The notes under the pieces were generated by a model. That model was not told where the DNA came from and did not search any database. It saw only the letters and a program-made list of their open reading frames with translations. DNA of 64,000 nucleotides. It comes from Camelus ferus. Taxonomy: Eukaryota. Below, piece by piece: positions 1-12,984 of the stretch (its first letter is position 1; every line of letters starts with the position of its first letter). Where the stretch lies: NCBI RefSeq assembly GCF_009834535.1, contig NC_045697.1, positions 35,466,001 to 35,530,000 of the forward strand, in the 5' to 3' direction. The position numbers were made by a program, and so were the translations under genes.

Positions 1-989
1 CATTATGCCTTCTCACCAAAATAAGCCATATTTTCTACCATCCTTGTTTGGGGGTCAGATTTTCCCACGTGTCCACTGCTTTAGAACCAGGTTCCATCTT
101 GTTCCTCCCTGGCTTTATGTCCCCTTCTCAGTCAATCCCTGAGGCTCCTCTGTTCAGCTGCCTCTTTCTTGGTGCTTCCTCTACAGCCTTGGGGTTGAGG
201 CCGGGCTCCTCCGCACCTATACTCCTGGGGCGGTCTTGTCTCCACGCGCTTTCCCTTTTCACCTGGTGCCACCCATCAGCTCACAAAGCCAGCAGCACCC
301 ATCACCTCCCTGTGAATGCAGTGCTTCCCCGTGTAGATGGCACAGCTTCTCCCACAACAACCCTGAGAGACAGACAGGGATCGTTTCACCATCCTTCACA
401 GCAGAGGAAAGTGGAGAGATTGGGCCTGGGGCACATGGTCGACCAGCAGCAGATCCAGGACGCAAACTCAGGTTGTGGCCCCAGGTCCCACCCGCGGGTC
501 ACTCCAGGCCCTCACGTTCAAGTCCCGAGCTTCCTCTCCCGCAAGACACCTGTGTGGTGGTGACATCCAACTAGCTGTTGGCTGACCCTGCTGCCTGCAT
601 CTTTGCCCTTGGCTCTCCTTGGAGCCCTGTCTGTGCTCCGACAGCTCCCTCCAGCATCGGGCTTCTGGGCCCAAGCCGCATGCTGCCACTTTCACGCAGC
701 CTCCCCCGATCATCCCGCCCCGGCCATGTGTGCCTCCACTTACACAGCCTTTCTGTCCTCTCTGTCTTGCCTGTGGAGTTTGGGGACAGGCCTTAGTTTT
801 TTTATGACAGATTAAGGGGCTACGTGTTTTCTTTCTTCATATCCCTTGTAGCAGCCTGCCAAGATCTTTGCTTTTAAGGAGAGTATCAGTAAATGTCAGT
901 GAATTAAGCCCTTTCTGTAAGATAGATAACAACCACCCATATTTAATCATTACCAAAAAGATTCAGTTCAGCTAAAATAGGCTGTAAGA

Positions 990-3900
990 TGAATTTGTTT
1001 GAGTCCTTTTTTTGTTTTGTTCAGCTGTATCCCACAAGTTTTGAGATGTGTATTCATTTGCATTCAGTTCAAATATTTTCCAGTTTCCCCTGTGATTGCT
1101 TTGGACCCACTGGTTATTTAGAAGTGTGTTGTTTGTGTTACTTTCCAACTGTTGAGAATTTTCCAAGTAATCTTTCTGTCGTTTCTGCTGTGGGCAGAGA
1201 ACACACTCTATACAATGTCAGTCCACTTAAATGTATGGAGTCTTGATTTACGGTCCAGAATATGGTCTGCTGTGATGAATGTTTTAAGTGTACCTGAAAA
1301 GAATGAATATTCTGCTGCTGTTCAGTGGACTGTTGTATAAATGTCAATTAGATCAAGTTGGTTGATGGTTGTTGTTTAGGTCTTCTGTATCCTTATTGAT
1401 TTCTGCCTACTGTTCCATCATCTCCTGAGAGAGGAACATTGAACTCTTCAACTATAATTACTCCTCCTGTTGCTTATATCATTTTTTGTGTCATGTATTT
1501 TGAAGTTCAGACATTAGGTTTAGATATACTTAGTATTACTACGTCCTTGAAGAATTGACCCTTTAGCAGTGTGACATGTCTGCCTTTATCTGATAGTATT
1601 CCTTGTTCTGCAGTCTACTTTATCTGATTCAAATGTAGCCATTTCTGCTTTTTTTTAAATTAAAGTCCATGTGATATGTCTTTTTTAATCCTCTTACTTT
1701 AAACCTATTTGTGTCTTTATATAGTGGGTTTCTTGTAGGTCGCATATGCGTAGTTAGGTCTGGCAGTGTGTGTCTTAATTGAGGTATTTAAACCATTCAC
1801 ATTTAATGTATTTGTTGGTGTGGTTGAGTTTACATCTCCTATATTGCTGTTTATTTCCTTTTTTGTCCTACCTGTTTTTGTTCCTCTTTTGCTCTTTCCA
1901 TGACTTGTTTTGGATTGGGGTTTTCTTTTTTCAGATTTATTTTAATCACTCCATTCCACTGTCATTAGCTGTGTATCTGTTTTATGTTGTGTGTGTGACT
2001 GCTCTAGGCTTTACAGTTTACATCTTTAAATTTTCACAGTCCATCTTCCAGCATTGCACCTCTTTATGCATAATGCAAGAACCTTTTACAACAGTGCACT
2101 TTCGTTTTGCCCTTCCATCCTTTCTGCTGCTGTTGTCATGCATTTTACTTATTCACTCACTGTACATCTCATAATACATTTAGTCTGTTCAGGCTGCTGT
2201 AACAAAATACCAGAGACTAAGTAGCTTATAAACAACAGAAATTTATTTCTCACAGTTCTGGAGACTGGGAAGTCTAAGATAGCAGTGCCAGCAGTTTAAG
2301 TGTCTAACCAGGACTTACCTCCCAGATAGCTGTCTTTTTGCCATAAGCTCACATGAGAGAAGGGAGGAGGGGCCTCTCTGCAGCCTTTTTTTTAGGGGCA
2401 CTACTCCACGGTCATGAGGGCTCCACCCCCGATCACCATCACCTTGGGGTTTAGGATTTCAACATACAGGTTTGGGAGGAGGGACAATGACATTCAGATC
2501 ATAGCATATACTGTTATCGTTTTTGGCTTAAAAGGGCAAAAATAACCTTTTATATTTACCCGAATATATACCACTTTTGTACTCTTTCTTCCTTTTGTGT
2601 ACATCCAGACTTCTGTCTGGTATCATTTATCTTTTGCCTAAAAAATTTCCTTCAGCATTTTTCATAGTACAGATTTTCTGGTGATGAATCTCCAAGCTTT
2701 TATCTTGCCTTCAGTTTAGAATGTACTTCTCTGGATAAAAGATTCTAGTTTGACCATTTATTCTTTTACTACTTTAATGATGTCTCACCATTGTCTTCTG
2801 TCTCGTGAGTTTCTGTTGGTAAGTCTGGTGTCATTCATTATTCCTTTGAACATAGTGTTTTGTTTTGTTTTCTGACTACTTTTATTCTCTTTTCAGCAAG
2901 TTGACTGTGACGTGCCTTGGCATAATTTTTGTTGTGTTTATTCTGGTTAGGACTTGTTGAGTTTTTTTTAGATCTGTGGATTTATAGTTTGTATTAAATT
3001 GGGAAATTTCTCAGCTGTTATTTCTTCAACTATTTTTTCTGCTCTCCCTCTGTCTTCTGCCATTAGTGATACCTACGTTAGATGCTTGATATTGTCCCAC
3101 AAGCCACCGATGCTGTGTTCAATTGTTTATTGTTGCTTTCCCTTTTTGTTTCCCTTTGGATTTTTTTTTTTTTACTGTATCTTCTAATACTATTATTTTC
3201 TTCTGTAGTGGCTAATCTGCTGTTAATCCTGTTAATATTTTTCATTTCAGATACTGTATTTTTCATGTCTAGAAATTCCATTTTTGTCATTTTATATCCA
3301 TTTCTTTCATCATGGTAATATTTTCTTTTACCATCTTGATCATCCAGAACTTGTCTATCACAGGTGTGTGAGCACCGTTTTCTTCTGGTCTCTTCATCTC
3401 TGTCATTTCTGTTTCTCTTGCTCTTGGTTACATTTTTTATGTTGGTTATGGGTTGTATTTTACAGCTTTTTGCATTCCTAGTAGCATTTTTTCTTTTTTT
3501 ATTGGATGTTGGATAGTGTGAGTTGTATACTGTTGGTTGCTGGGGTTTTTTGTATTCTTTAAATAATGTTGGATTTAAATTTTTTTCTGGTGTATAGTTA
3601 AGTTACTTGGAATCAGACTGATCCTTTGAAAGGACTGGTCCAGAGCCGCCTCCGTCTAGGGATGATTTAGCCCTACTAGTAAGACAGTACCCTTTTGAGG
3701 ACTCTGCCCAGGGCCCTGTGTGTTACATTATCCCCTGTGGCTGGTGGGAGTACAGACAATTCCCAGCCGCTGTGAGCTCCGGCAACTTCCGCATACTCTA
3801 CTGCCGGCTCGGGGGGCTTTCCTCTCAAACATGCACAGGTGAGTCCTCAGCCACTGACTGAGGACACCCTGTGGCTCTCCACATCTCTCTCTCTGCAGCT

Positions 3901-4235
3901 CCCACCTTGCTGATTTTTTGCCCCACAAATTATATGCCTCCTTGGACTCCACAGACTCTGTCTTTTCCAGCTCAGCAAGCTGGCTTTCCACTAGGCTGGG
4001 TTTGGGTTCCCTGTCCTGTGCTGTGGCCTGAGATCCACCTCCACAAAGTATGCTAGTGTCACTGGACGGCTTATCTTTTCCCTCAAGGGTCACAGTCCTG
4101 TACTGCATGTTGACCAGTGCCTGAGAGCCATTGTTTCATATATTGTGTTCAGTTTTCTGGTTGTTCGAAGTGAAGGAGGGAAGGGAAATCTGGTTTTGTG
4201 ACTCCATCTTGGTTGGAAGCAGAACTCAAACCCCC
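990..4235 (-). mobile_element. Ancient L1 (L1M-type) relic in DCUN1D4 intron: ORF2 endonuclease, ORF1 and 5' remnants
   Basis: Minus-strand ORF fragments resemble L1 ORF2 (NNTLLNNQWV...QNLWDTA, 972-1166) and the ORF1 coiled coil (MKNTVSEMKN...INSRL, 3078-3290). Heavily degraded; ends approximate. Confidence 0.8.
2177..2507. mobile_element. MaLR LTR (MLT1/MST-like) nested in the old L1
   Basis: Typical MaLR text: tagtctgttcaggctgctgtaacaaaatacc...aacaacagaaatttatttctcacagttctggag...gacattcagatcatagca. Confidence 0.8.
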
Positions 4236-6284
4236 ATTTTTCCCCCTCCATTTTTTTTCCCCTACTAGAGAAATGGCTCCTAGAGGTAATAATGCATAAG
4301 TGCACATCAGACCTTTTAAACTTAAACTTCTAATACAAACCAAACTTTGTTATAGTTTTAATATCCTAAATATTCTCTATTGCAAATAACAATGGCATGT
4401 GTTAAATACTCTGCATTATACTTTAATGTACCAGGAAAGAAACTGTAGTCCAATACCAGAAAATGATAAAATGTCCCTTTAATATCTCTCCGCCAGACTT
4501 ATAGTCCTAAGCGTGTGATTGTTTTTTCCCTCATCTTTGAACCTTGTAGCCAATTAAAAGTAATACTTGGCTGTAAAATTATATTATTTTTCTCCTACTT
4601 TTACTTTGACTTGGATTTATTTATAGTATGATGGATGCCAGAGAGTCATGAAACTTTAGAGTTAAAAGAAACCTCAAGAGGACCCTTGGTCCAGTCTTGT
4701 CATTAAGCAGATGATGAGACTGGGGGCTAGAGAGAAGGGGACAGCATTAGGGCTGAGCTCTGTCCCTGAGGTGCAAACCAGTGTCCTCTCCACAGAGCCA
4801 CACTGCCTTCCTGACTCAGACTGTGACCACCCTGTGGTGCCCTGGTAGAGGAAGATGGTGGGATATAAACTGGGGGAACAAAATGACCAGTTCCTTCATA
4901 CGAGTGGAATTTTGTCAGAGTATTTTTATGCTTAGTGTTTTTCCCCCGGTGTAAATTTTATTTACTATATAAACAGATACTGTTGTATGGATTCCTTTAA
5001 GTAAAACAGCCATTTTTGTCTTGATTCCTAAAAGGAGAGTAAGATTGGACAAAGAGAATGAGATAAAAGATTTAAATATAGTAATTTTTTGTTGATTGGG
5101 AATAATTATTAAATACAGGTTAAATTTAACTTTTCTACATTCTCTGGGGCAGAGACAAGGTACTCTGCCGGAAGTCACAGAGAGAGTTGCCACTTGAGTT
5201 GCAGAGAAGGATGGACGCTGGGCTGGGTGAGGTGCTGCTAGCTGCAGCATCTTAGCCTGGATCAGAGCAGACACCTGAACTGACAGCGATGCCGCTCTTG
5301 GATTTTTCCTAGCAGTGCAGCACCGCATCCTGCAGCCCTGGTGCAGAACGGAGAGAATGATCTGAGGACTGAGAAGTTTGTGGGCTTGGCGGGCTGAGGG
5401 GAGCTGAGGGGAGCCCTCCTAGAGTGGAATCAGGAAGGAACTGAAGTTAGGAGAAGCTGCTGGATGCAGAGAAGGGAGGCCTTCAAGGTGAGGGAGAAGG
5501 AAGGGAGTGAGCAAGAGAAGAGAGGAGATTGCTCCGGGCCGGGGAAGCCCTTTCTCTTTTGTTCCCTGAAGGAAAGCCTTAAGAGGATGTAGCAGAGGGG
5601 TCTGTGGATGCAGAAGCCCCCAGTGAGACCCCCTTCCCGAGAGGTGATCCTGTGACGGTTAGTCTGTTGCAGGTCAGTCCTTACAGCCCCCACCTCGGCG
5701 TGGCCACGTTTCCAGCTGTAGGTACCGGGGCTGTTTTTTAGTTTCCAAGGAGGTGTTTCAGGAAGGGTAAGAGGCCACACGGATTAAAGCTAACGTCTAA
5801 GTCTCTTCCATTTAATGGAATGATTCTGGAGGTCGCTTTTGCTGGGTCTCGGGTTCAACACCCTCTTCTGTCTGCGAACTCTGCCTGGCTCTCACCTAAG
5901 TCTGTTGTGACCATTTGATTCATTTCCTCTTCTAACTTGAGTCAGTTTCCTACTTCTTTACTGTCTAATTTCCCCTCCACACAGCTCCCCAACACACCAC
6001 ACACACGGTCTCCTCTCTTTCTTATGCTTTCATTGTAAATTATGTGGAAAACCGAGGGTGGGCCTGGGTGAGGACTCAGAGGTTGGGAAGACCCGGTGGT
6101 CATCTGATCCCAGACCCGTTGCCCTGAACTCTGTCAGTTGACCTTCAGGATTACCCTTTGGTTGTTGCAGAGTTGCCCAGATTTGCTCAGCAGTTACCTG
6201 TAAAGCTAATTGGACGGTGTCTCTCTTAACATGGAACGCCCTTTCCTCTCCTTCCTGTTTGGGGAGGCAGATTGGTACACATTG

Positions 6285-6480
6285 AGATGCTCAGGCTTGG
6301 AATCAGACTTCCTGGTTCAGGTCCCAGCTCACCCACTTACTGACTGTCATCTATCTCCTGTGCCTCAGTTTCCTTATTTATAAATTGGGGATTATGATCA
6401 TGCGTCTCCTAATACGGTTATTGTACTAAATGAGTTTTAAGCACTTAAAACAATCTCTGTCTTAGTTTAAGTTCTCAGAA
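6285..6480 (+). mobile_element. MIR SINE
   Basis: MIR core: ctgtgcctcagtttccttatttataaattggggattatgat, preceded by ggttcaggtcccagctcacccacttact. Confidence 0.75.
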
Positions 6481-9400
6481 AAACTTATCCATAGGATAAG
6501 AAGTAGTTGTTGAGTTATTCTTCACTGACGTTATTTAGGTGTTTGTAAAACCCAAGTTTCAAATAATGGCTTTCCTTCCAAGAGTAGTGCTTACAGCAGT
6601 AATCTATGCCAAATAAAACGACTGTGGAATGACTTTTTAATTTTGTTTTAAAGGAAATGTCAGATCTTTTTTTCTTTTCTTTTAAAGGAAGTGTCAATAA
6701 TTGAGCTTAATCAAGTAATTGCCTTACAAACATTGTTTATTTGAAAGCTATGCTGGGTAAATTCTAAGAGCATACTTTTTTAGTTTCATTTTTCCCAGTG
6801 GGAAGGGCACTCATGGGTTTTATGACCTTTTTGCTTGTTTTTAATTTTTTTTTTTAACTCTCTTTCAAAAAACTGGTTTGCTATATTTTCAGCTTTATAA
6901 ACAACCACATTAAGATTCAAATTCTTTAGAGTTTGTTTGTTTGTTTGTTTGTTTGTTTTGCCTTATATTTGTTGAACTGTGTTAAGGAGGACTACATTTT
7001 CTCTTTATTTTGTGTAATCCCCACGGTCTTAAGTGAGAATTCCATGACGTGTATTATAGGTTTTCAGTTAAGGCCTTTTGATTTCACATACCAATTTCTG
7101 ACTTGGTTCTGGCCATTTATGTTTGTGATCGTGGTCACTTGTATGTTGTTTCTTGAGTTCACTTAGTACCTCTTGAAAATCTTAGGGAATTCTTTTTTAA
7201 TATTGAAGGTTTTTTTCTTTATAATTTTAGTAATTCAACATTCCCCTTTTCAAGTACAAATCTTTAAGCTATAATAACATTGTGAAAATTGGAAATAGAT
7301 CATTGAAAAAGTTAGAGGCCTCTGATACAGCATATCTGGATACCTAGATGTTTGAAGATTCATTCATTTTTGTCGTATCATGTTTATAATCTATATATTT
7401 ACAGTTACCTACTTCATTTCAGTTTGGTCATTTGTGCCATTTAAGAAGAAGAAAATGCCTAATTTTACATCTTACAGGACGACCTGTATTGGAATAGTTT
7501 ATATGAACAAAGGCATTATTTGTTTTTGTATTTGAACTTCAAAACAGAACTTAATAAAAGTTCACTTTTCTCTAACATTGGCTGTTAGTAATCTTTAGCT
7601 TGAGGGGTGCATTTATTCCATATACAAAACATAACTTCTTAGAGTACTCAGAGTAGGATCCCTTGGTTTTGCAGCTGCAAATAAGCAGTCTGATCTCACC
7701 TGTAACTGCTCTTTTAAACTCTGTTTAAGGATGACAACAAGGCAGGATCCAGTTGTGTATTGTAGGGGGTTAGTACAGCTTTGGTGTATAGAACCTGGTC
7801 AGTTCCTATTATTATTTGAAAAATAAAATTGTTACTTAGTTTGTTATCTTAGAAAAGAAAACTCTGTGAAATATATACCTGGAAATCTTGGGTCAAGAGG
7901 TGGGCAGGGAGAGAAGTTTGATTTGTTCTCCCTTAACCTTGATGGGCTGATTTACTCTGGACAGTCTGTCTCAAGGTACTTTCTGCCTAGATTCTGACCT
8001 TGAGATGCACAAATCTGCCCCTTGCTCCTCGGTATTTACAAGTATTAACAGTGTACTATTCGAATTTCCTGCGAGGGGTTTCTGGATGTCTTTGATCTAT
8101 TCTGTGAATTTGTTAAGGTGATTAAAAAAAAAAAAACATAATGTTGATGGCTGTTTCATAGCATCTTGGGAGATCCATTTCACTTTTAATTGGGAACCTC
8201 CTTGCAGAGAATGCCATCAGAATCACCGTCAGTGAATGCCCTGGGCGCGTCTCCATTTTGCTTTTAGTAGATGTTTGCTCTGGGATCTCTCAACTGTGCT
8301 GTCCTAGGAGTTCTGCGTGTTTCCAGTTAGGGTCGTTTGTACTTAGCCTACGTCCACCCACAGGCAGTGTTGGTTACCAGCGAGCTGTTGCGATGGCGAG
8401 TGCATCCATAATGTCTCTCTCTCATTTGCTAGGCAGAAGATGGTGTTAGTGATTGCGAGCCCCCAGCTGGCACCCTTGCAGAGCAGGAGTGAGTGAGTGC
8501 TGTTCAGCTTTCCGGTCCTGTGAGTCTGATGCCTTTTCCCCATGTTTTGGCATCACTGCCAAACACATGCATTGAAATCCTTCATGATCATCAGTTTGTC
8601 AGATGATTACACTGTTTCAAAGAGTCTGTCCAGGTCCTTTGTATCTTTTTTTTTTTGTCACTTTAGTGTATGTCCATTGTGATGGGGACATTGATGGTGT
8701 TGGAAGAAGGCACAGTGTGTATCAGGGCAAGACTAGTGATTTTGGGTTCAGTGAACGACCGCGGACTCCTCAAAGGGAGACTCCCCAATGCGCGCCCGTG
8801 CCTGCAGCCCAGGGCTGCCCGAGCTGTCATTCTCCACGTGAGGTTGGGCCCAGCCCTGTGGTGCCGTGGGCAATGTCAGCAGTTTTTCTTGTGGCTGCTG
8901 CACCACGGGGTGTGGACAGGGTGTGCCATTGCCATCTGCCTCACGCGCATGACAGGGTGAGAGGTTTCCGTTTCCTGGCACAGGGCACTGCCAAAGTTTG
9001 AGCCCATGTAGTGCAACAAACCCGTGAGGCTGGTAGTGAAAGGTGGACTGTCTCGAGGGAGGGCACCTGGCCCACTGCATCCTCCACACGGAGCGAGTCC
9101 TGCTGCCTGAGCAGGATGATACAGCCAGAGCAGGTAGTGGAGGGGAGGCCCGCCTGTTGGCGTTAACTGTGGAATTGGGGTCCCCCACCAGAGCAGAGAA
9201 GGGTGACTCGGAGCCACCTGACCTGGTCTGTTCGTGAGCCGTTGTCATGCTTTACAGCTGGTACCGAAAGCCAGACCTGTCACTCATCTCCCCATATCTT
9301 CATCTCCCTTGGTGGTGGTTGTTGAGTGAGGCCCTTCCTTACATTTGCTGTATTAAGTCCTTCACTTTAAAGTCTCATGTCGTGGCCAGAAATTCTCTGT

Positions 9401-10515
9401 GTACTAAAGAGCACTTCACTGGTAGACTCCTTGAGGTCACAGTTAATCTTACCGGTGTGGCTGCACATGTGGCTGACAGTGGTGGTCACGGCATCATCCC
9501 TTAGTTTGGTGAACATTTAGATTCCACCCCACGTGGGCTAGCCCGGCACTTTTCCCCCTTGTAGAAAAGTACTTTTGCAAACTTTCTTTGAAGTTAAGAT
9601 ACCTTGAGGAGGTTAGCTTTGAGTATATAAGATTGCTGCCTAGGGTCCCAGATCCTCTGCCCTTTTACATAGAAACTGCCCACTTGTAGTTCCTGAATGG
9701 AAACTTTGTAAGAAAGATTAGAGTGAGAAATTAGATTCTTACTTGCAGCTCAAAGTGGAATAAGCTTAGTCTGCCCATGTGCAGGTTTATGTAAGTGTCT
9801 TTTCTGGTTTCCTTATAAAATGTTGTCTTTCACCTGGCTCTCGGTTAGGCGTGTTCTGCTAGGAGATTTCACATCCAGCAAGTTCAAGGTAAGGAGATCT
9901 GTAACAGGTAGACACCCTCCTCTTCCCCAGAGTGGGTGGATGAATACGTCCTCTTCCTTGGAGAGACTCTCCAGAGCCCTGGCATTCATGATGAGCTCAG
10001 TTTAATTCCAACATTTTTAGGTACAAGAAAACGTTTACCAGTGAAATAAAATTGTTGGAAAAATGACTTTTATCAAGGAAGCCTGATTCCTAAGCATGGA
10101 AATAGAAACCTTTAAACTCCATTTAGTTAAGTTTATGGGCTTTGGGGTCTGTAATTGTGAATTTGATAACAATCATAAATGTCAAATAGCAAGTGATTGC
10201 GTTATAGATTTTTTAATTTATCCCCTGAAATAATCATAGATATTGTAACCACATAACTAATGGATTTTGCATTAGGGTGATCATTCAGTTGACCTGGAAC
10301 TCTCACAGTAAAATTATGTAGTATGAAAACGTTTAAGTCTTCCATTGTGTCTGACTGCTTCCCCTCCCCCCACCACAGTCTTGATTCAGGGTTTTTACGG
10401 TATGTGATAAATGAGCTGTTTACTGATTTCTCGTTGAAGTAAAATGGAAGTTTGGATTATTGGAATTTATTCTTTGGGGGCATCTGGCTCATCCTTGTTT
10501 TTGTTTGTTAAACAG

Positions 10516-10620
10516 GAAAAGGACCAGCGCAGCCTAGACATAAACACTGCCAAGTGCATGTTGGGACTGTTATTAGGAAAAATCTGGCCCCTTTTTCCAG
10601 TTTTTCACCAATTCTTAGAG
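10516..10620 (+). CDS. DCUN1D4: DCN1-like protein 4, internal coding exon ([35 protein letters not shown])
   Basis: Acceptor aacag ends at 10515 and donor gtacta starts at 10621. The exon is 105 nt, phase 0-0, and its translation matches recalled human DCUN1D4 PONY-domain sequence. Upstream exons lie outside the window. Confidence 0.96.
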
Positions 10621-12317
10621 GTACTAAATTGTTATTTTATGGAATGTATGTTTGCTTGCTTAGAACTACCAAGTATATTTTATTTAACCATTTTATGTAA
10701 CTTTGTTTGTTGTGCCTTTCTGCCTGTAGGAACTATGGCGACACAGTGGCTGTCAGTGAGCACGTCCCTGTGCTCTGAGTGTACGTGTGCGTGCATTTCG
10801 CGTGCCGCATTGTCCCTGGTGCAGGTGCAGGTGCATCAGACAGCCACAGCTCTGTCCTGTCCTCTCTCGTCCCCATTTTAAAGCTTTATTTTTGTTTAGA
10901 TTTCCTGCTCTCTATAACTAGAGGAAAACAAGATTTACTTTCTTTTGTGGCTTTAGATGAAGTTCTACTTTTATGAAGCAAAGGTTAAAGAACAGCCATC
11001 TGCCTTATTACTAAATTAAGTTTGTGTTATATTTATCTACTCTTATCTCCAAGTAACTTGAGGACCTGGATCAATCTAAGTGTTTGGCAGACTCCTTCAG
11101 ACGACATCTCTCGGTTTAAGGTTTCTCCACATTTGTATTCGAAGTAATCCAGCACTTCCCTCCATTATTTCCTTTGCATTAGGTATTAATGATTGAAATT
11201 TTGAGCTGCTGGTTATTAGGAACTGGCTTTGATGCCCTGTAATAATAATGTAGGATCCAGGAGAATCTGAGATGTGAGTTTGAGTTACTTGGGTTGTCAC
11301 ATATGGCATCCTTCTTGCCTTCCAGACCTAAACCCCTTTAAAAAATGCTTTTTTGCTGAAAAGGATGAGGGTGCTGGTCTTTGAGAAAATCCTGGGCCTT
11401 ACCCTGACTTCAGCTTCACTCTTGAAACCACCTTCCTTATAACTTCTTTTGTGTCATGGTCAGAAAAACTTCCAAATGTGATAGGATTCTTTGAGGACTA
11501 TTACTAAAAATTGCCTTCAACATTACTAACTGGGGCTCCTGAAGAAAGGTATAAAAACTAGTTTTTAATGTAAGAAATATGTGTTCACATAACAATCCAT
11601 ATTTACCAGTGATCTGTTCCAGTTTCTCTGACTGCCCCGAGAAATGTTGGCTTTATTTGGAAAATAAGTAGAAACAGGCTCTTGTTCTCAGAGAGTTGAG
11701 CAGAACTGGAGCCTGGGCGTGAAGGGCTCTGGAGCTAACAGACCTTGCCGCCAGCAGGTTGGACTTCGCACAATTCCAGGAGCGCCATCAGCTGTTTCAG
11801 TGACTGGGCTTTGCTTTTGGTTGCTTAGAAAGTTACACTTGTGGTCTGTGCTTTGTTCTCTGTCTTATATTAGTTTACGTTTTTCTGTTAAAGGGAGACG
11901 GTAGTCCTTTCATTCGAGCTTTTTTTCTCGTGTTTGCATCCTCAAAACCATTCACTCAACTCTCTGCTTTTTATGTACATGTATTGTTTTCCAATATTCC
12001 CGATTTTAGTGGTGAGGGTTTAAAAGTTGTTGGACTGGGTTCTATTTTTAAATCTTTATACAGGAAACTGCATTTTAAAATACACACACAGCGTATTTCT
12101 TGTCTGGGAGGAAGAGAAGAACTATTTCATGGCTATGCTAATTTCTTTTATGATCAGATTCAAAGTCAGAGTTACTAGAAGAGTAACCCTTCAGGGGCCA
12201 AAGCACCTAGTCCTGAGGCCGCTTACAGCACGCGGCAAGTCCTCCTTGAGTCCCCGGCGCTGTGCGCTGCAGGCTGAGGAGACAGTGAGCGCGCTGTCCA
12301 CGTGGCGGCTCCTAATG

Positions 12318-12445
12318 GGAGCAGCGCTTTATTTAGCACTTACTCTGTGCCAAGCCCGAAGTGAAGTGCCCTGCACAAGTGAGCTCTTTAATCCTTGCTG
12401 CATCTCTGTAAAGTAGGTATTATTGGTCTTTTATGTGAAAGGGCC
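12318..12445 (-). mobile_element. MIR SINE fragment
   Basis: tttatttagcacttactctgtgccaag...tttaatcctt...gtaaagtaggtattattgg resembles the reverse MIR 3' half. Confidence 0.6.
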
Positions 12446-12720
12446 TTTGCCGTCTAGAAATTGCACTTCTGGAATATAAAAAATGGTGTCTCTTTGCTGT
12501 GCTTGCCCTTTTGTGTTGAGCCCCCCGATATTTTTGTGAAGAAGATTGTCATCTGGAGTTCTTCTGCTCTGTCTCTCACCCTTCTAGATCGGTGCTTAAC
12601 ACACCTCACATGGAAAGAGTTAACCTTCATGAACTTTCCTAAGTTGATTCGTACAGCAATTGAAACCATCCCATTTGTTAATTATGTGTCAGTAATTCAT
12701 CTTACTTTTCCCTCCATCAG

Positions 12721-12823
12721 CAATCAAAATATAAAGTTATTAACAAAGACCAGTGGTGCAATGTGCTAGAGTTTAGCAGAACAATTAACCTGGACCTCAG
12801 CAACTACGATGAAGATGGAGCAT
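12721..12823 (+). CDS. DCUN1D4: DCN1-like protein 4, penultimate coding exon ([34 protein letters not shown]+T)
   Basis: Polypyrimidine tract plus cag ends at 12720; donor gtgagt at 12824. In frame with the previous exon. Confidence 0.97.
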
Positions 12824-12928
12824 GTGAGTACCGGGCCGCGCGGCCCTTCACCCGTCGCCGCCCACCCGCTGCTCTACCTCGTCCTGAAGAGCTCATGGCT
12901 GTGCTGTTTTCTCTCTGTCTCTCTCCAG

Positions 12929-12984
12929 GGCCAGTTTTGTTGGACGAGTTTGTGGAGTGGTATAAAGACAAACAGATGTCCTAG
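12929..12984 (+). CDS. DCUN1D4: DCN1-like protein 4, terminal coding segment ((W)[17 protein letters not shown])
   Basis: Acceptor ctctctccag ends at 12928. T|GG completes Trp of the family GAWP..LDEF motif; TAG at 12982-12984. Confidence 0.97.

Noticed and set aside
48..815. Cluster of ORFs up to 171 aa at the window start
   Set aside because: No recognisable domain; overlaps decayed L2/MIR-like sequence inside a DCUN1D4 intron
8603..9248. Overlapping ORFs of 96-166 aa on both strands
   Set aside because: GC-rich intronic sequence, where stops are depleted by chance; no protein similarity recognised
9868..9895. Possible 10-nt microexon (ccag|caagttcaag|gtaagg) with SKFKV resembling DCUN1D4 SKYKV
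   Set aside because: Poor polypyrimidine tract, and the similarity is too short; the real QSKYKV exon is at 12721
10444..10881. 145-aa ORF containing DCUN1D4 sequence
   Set aside because: Only 10516-10620 is exon; the flanks are intronic read-through
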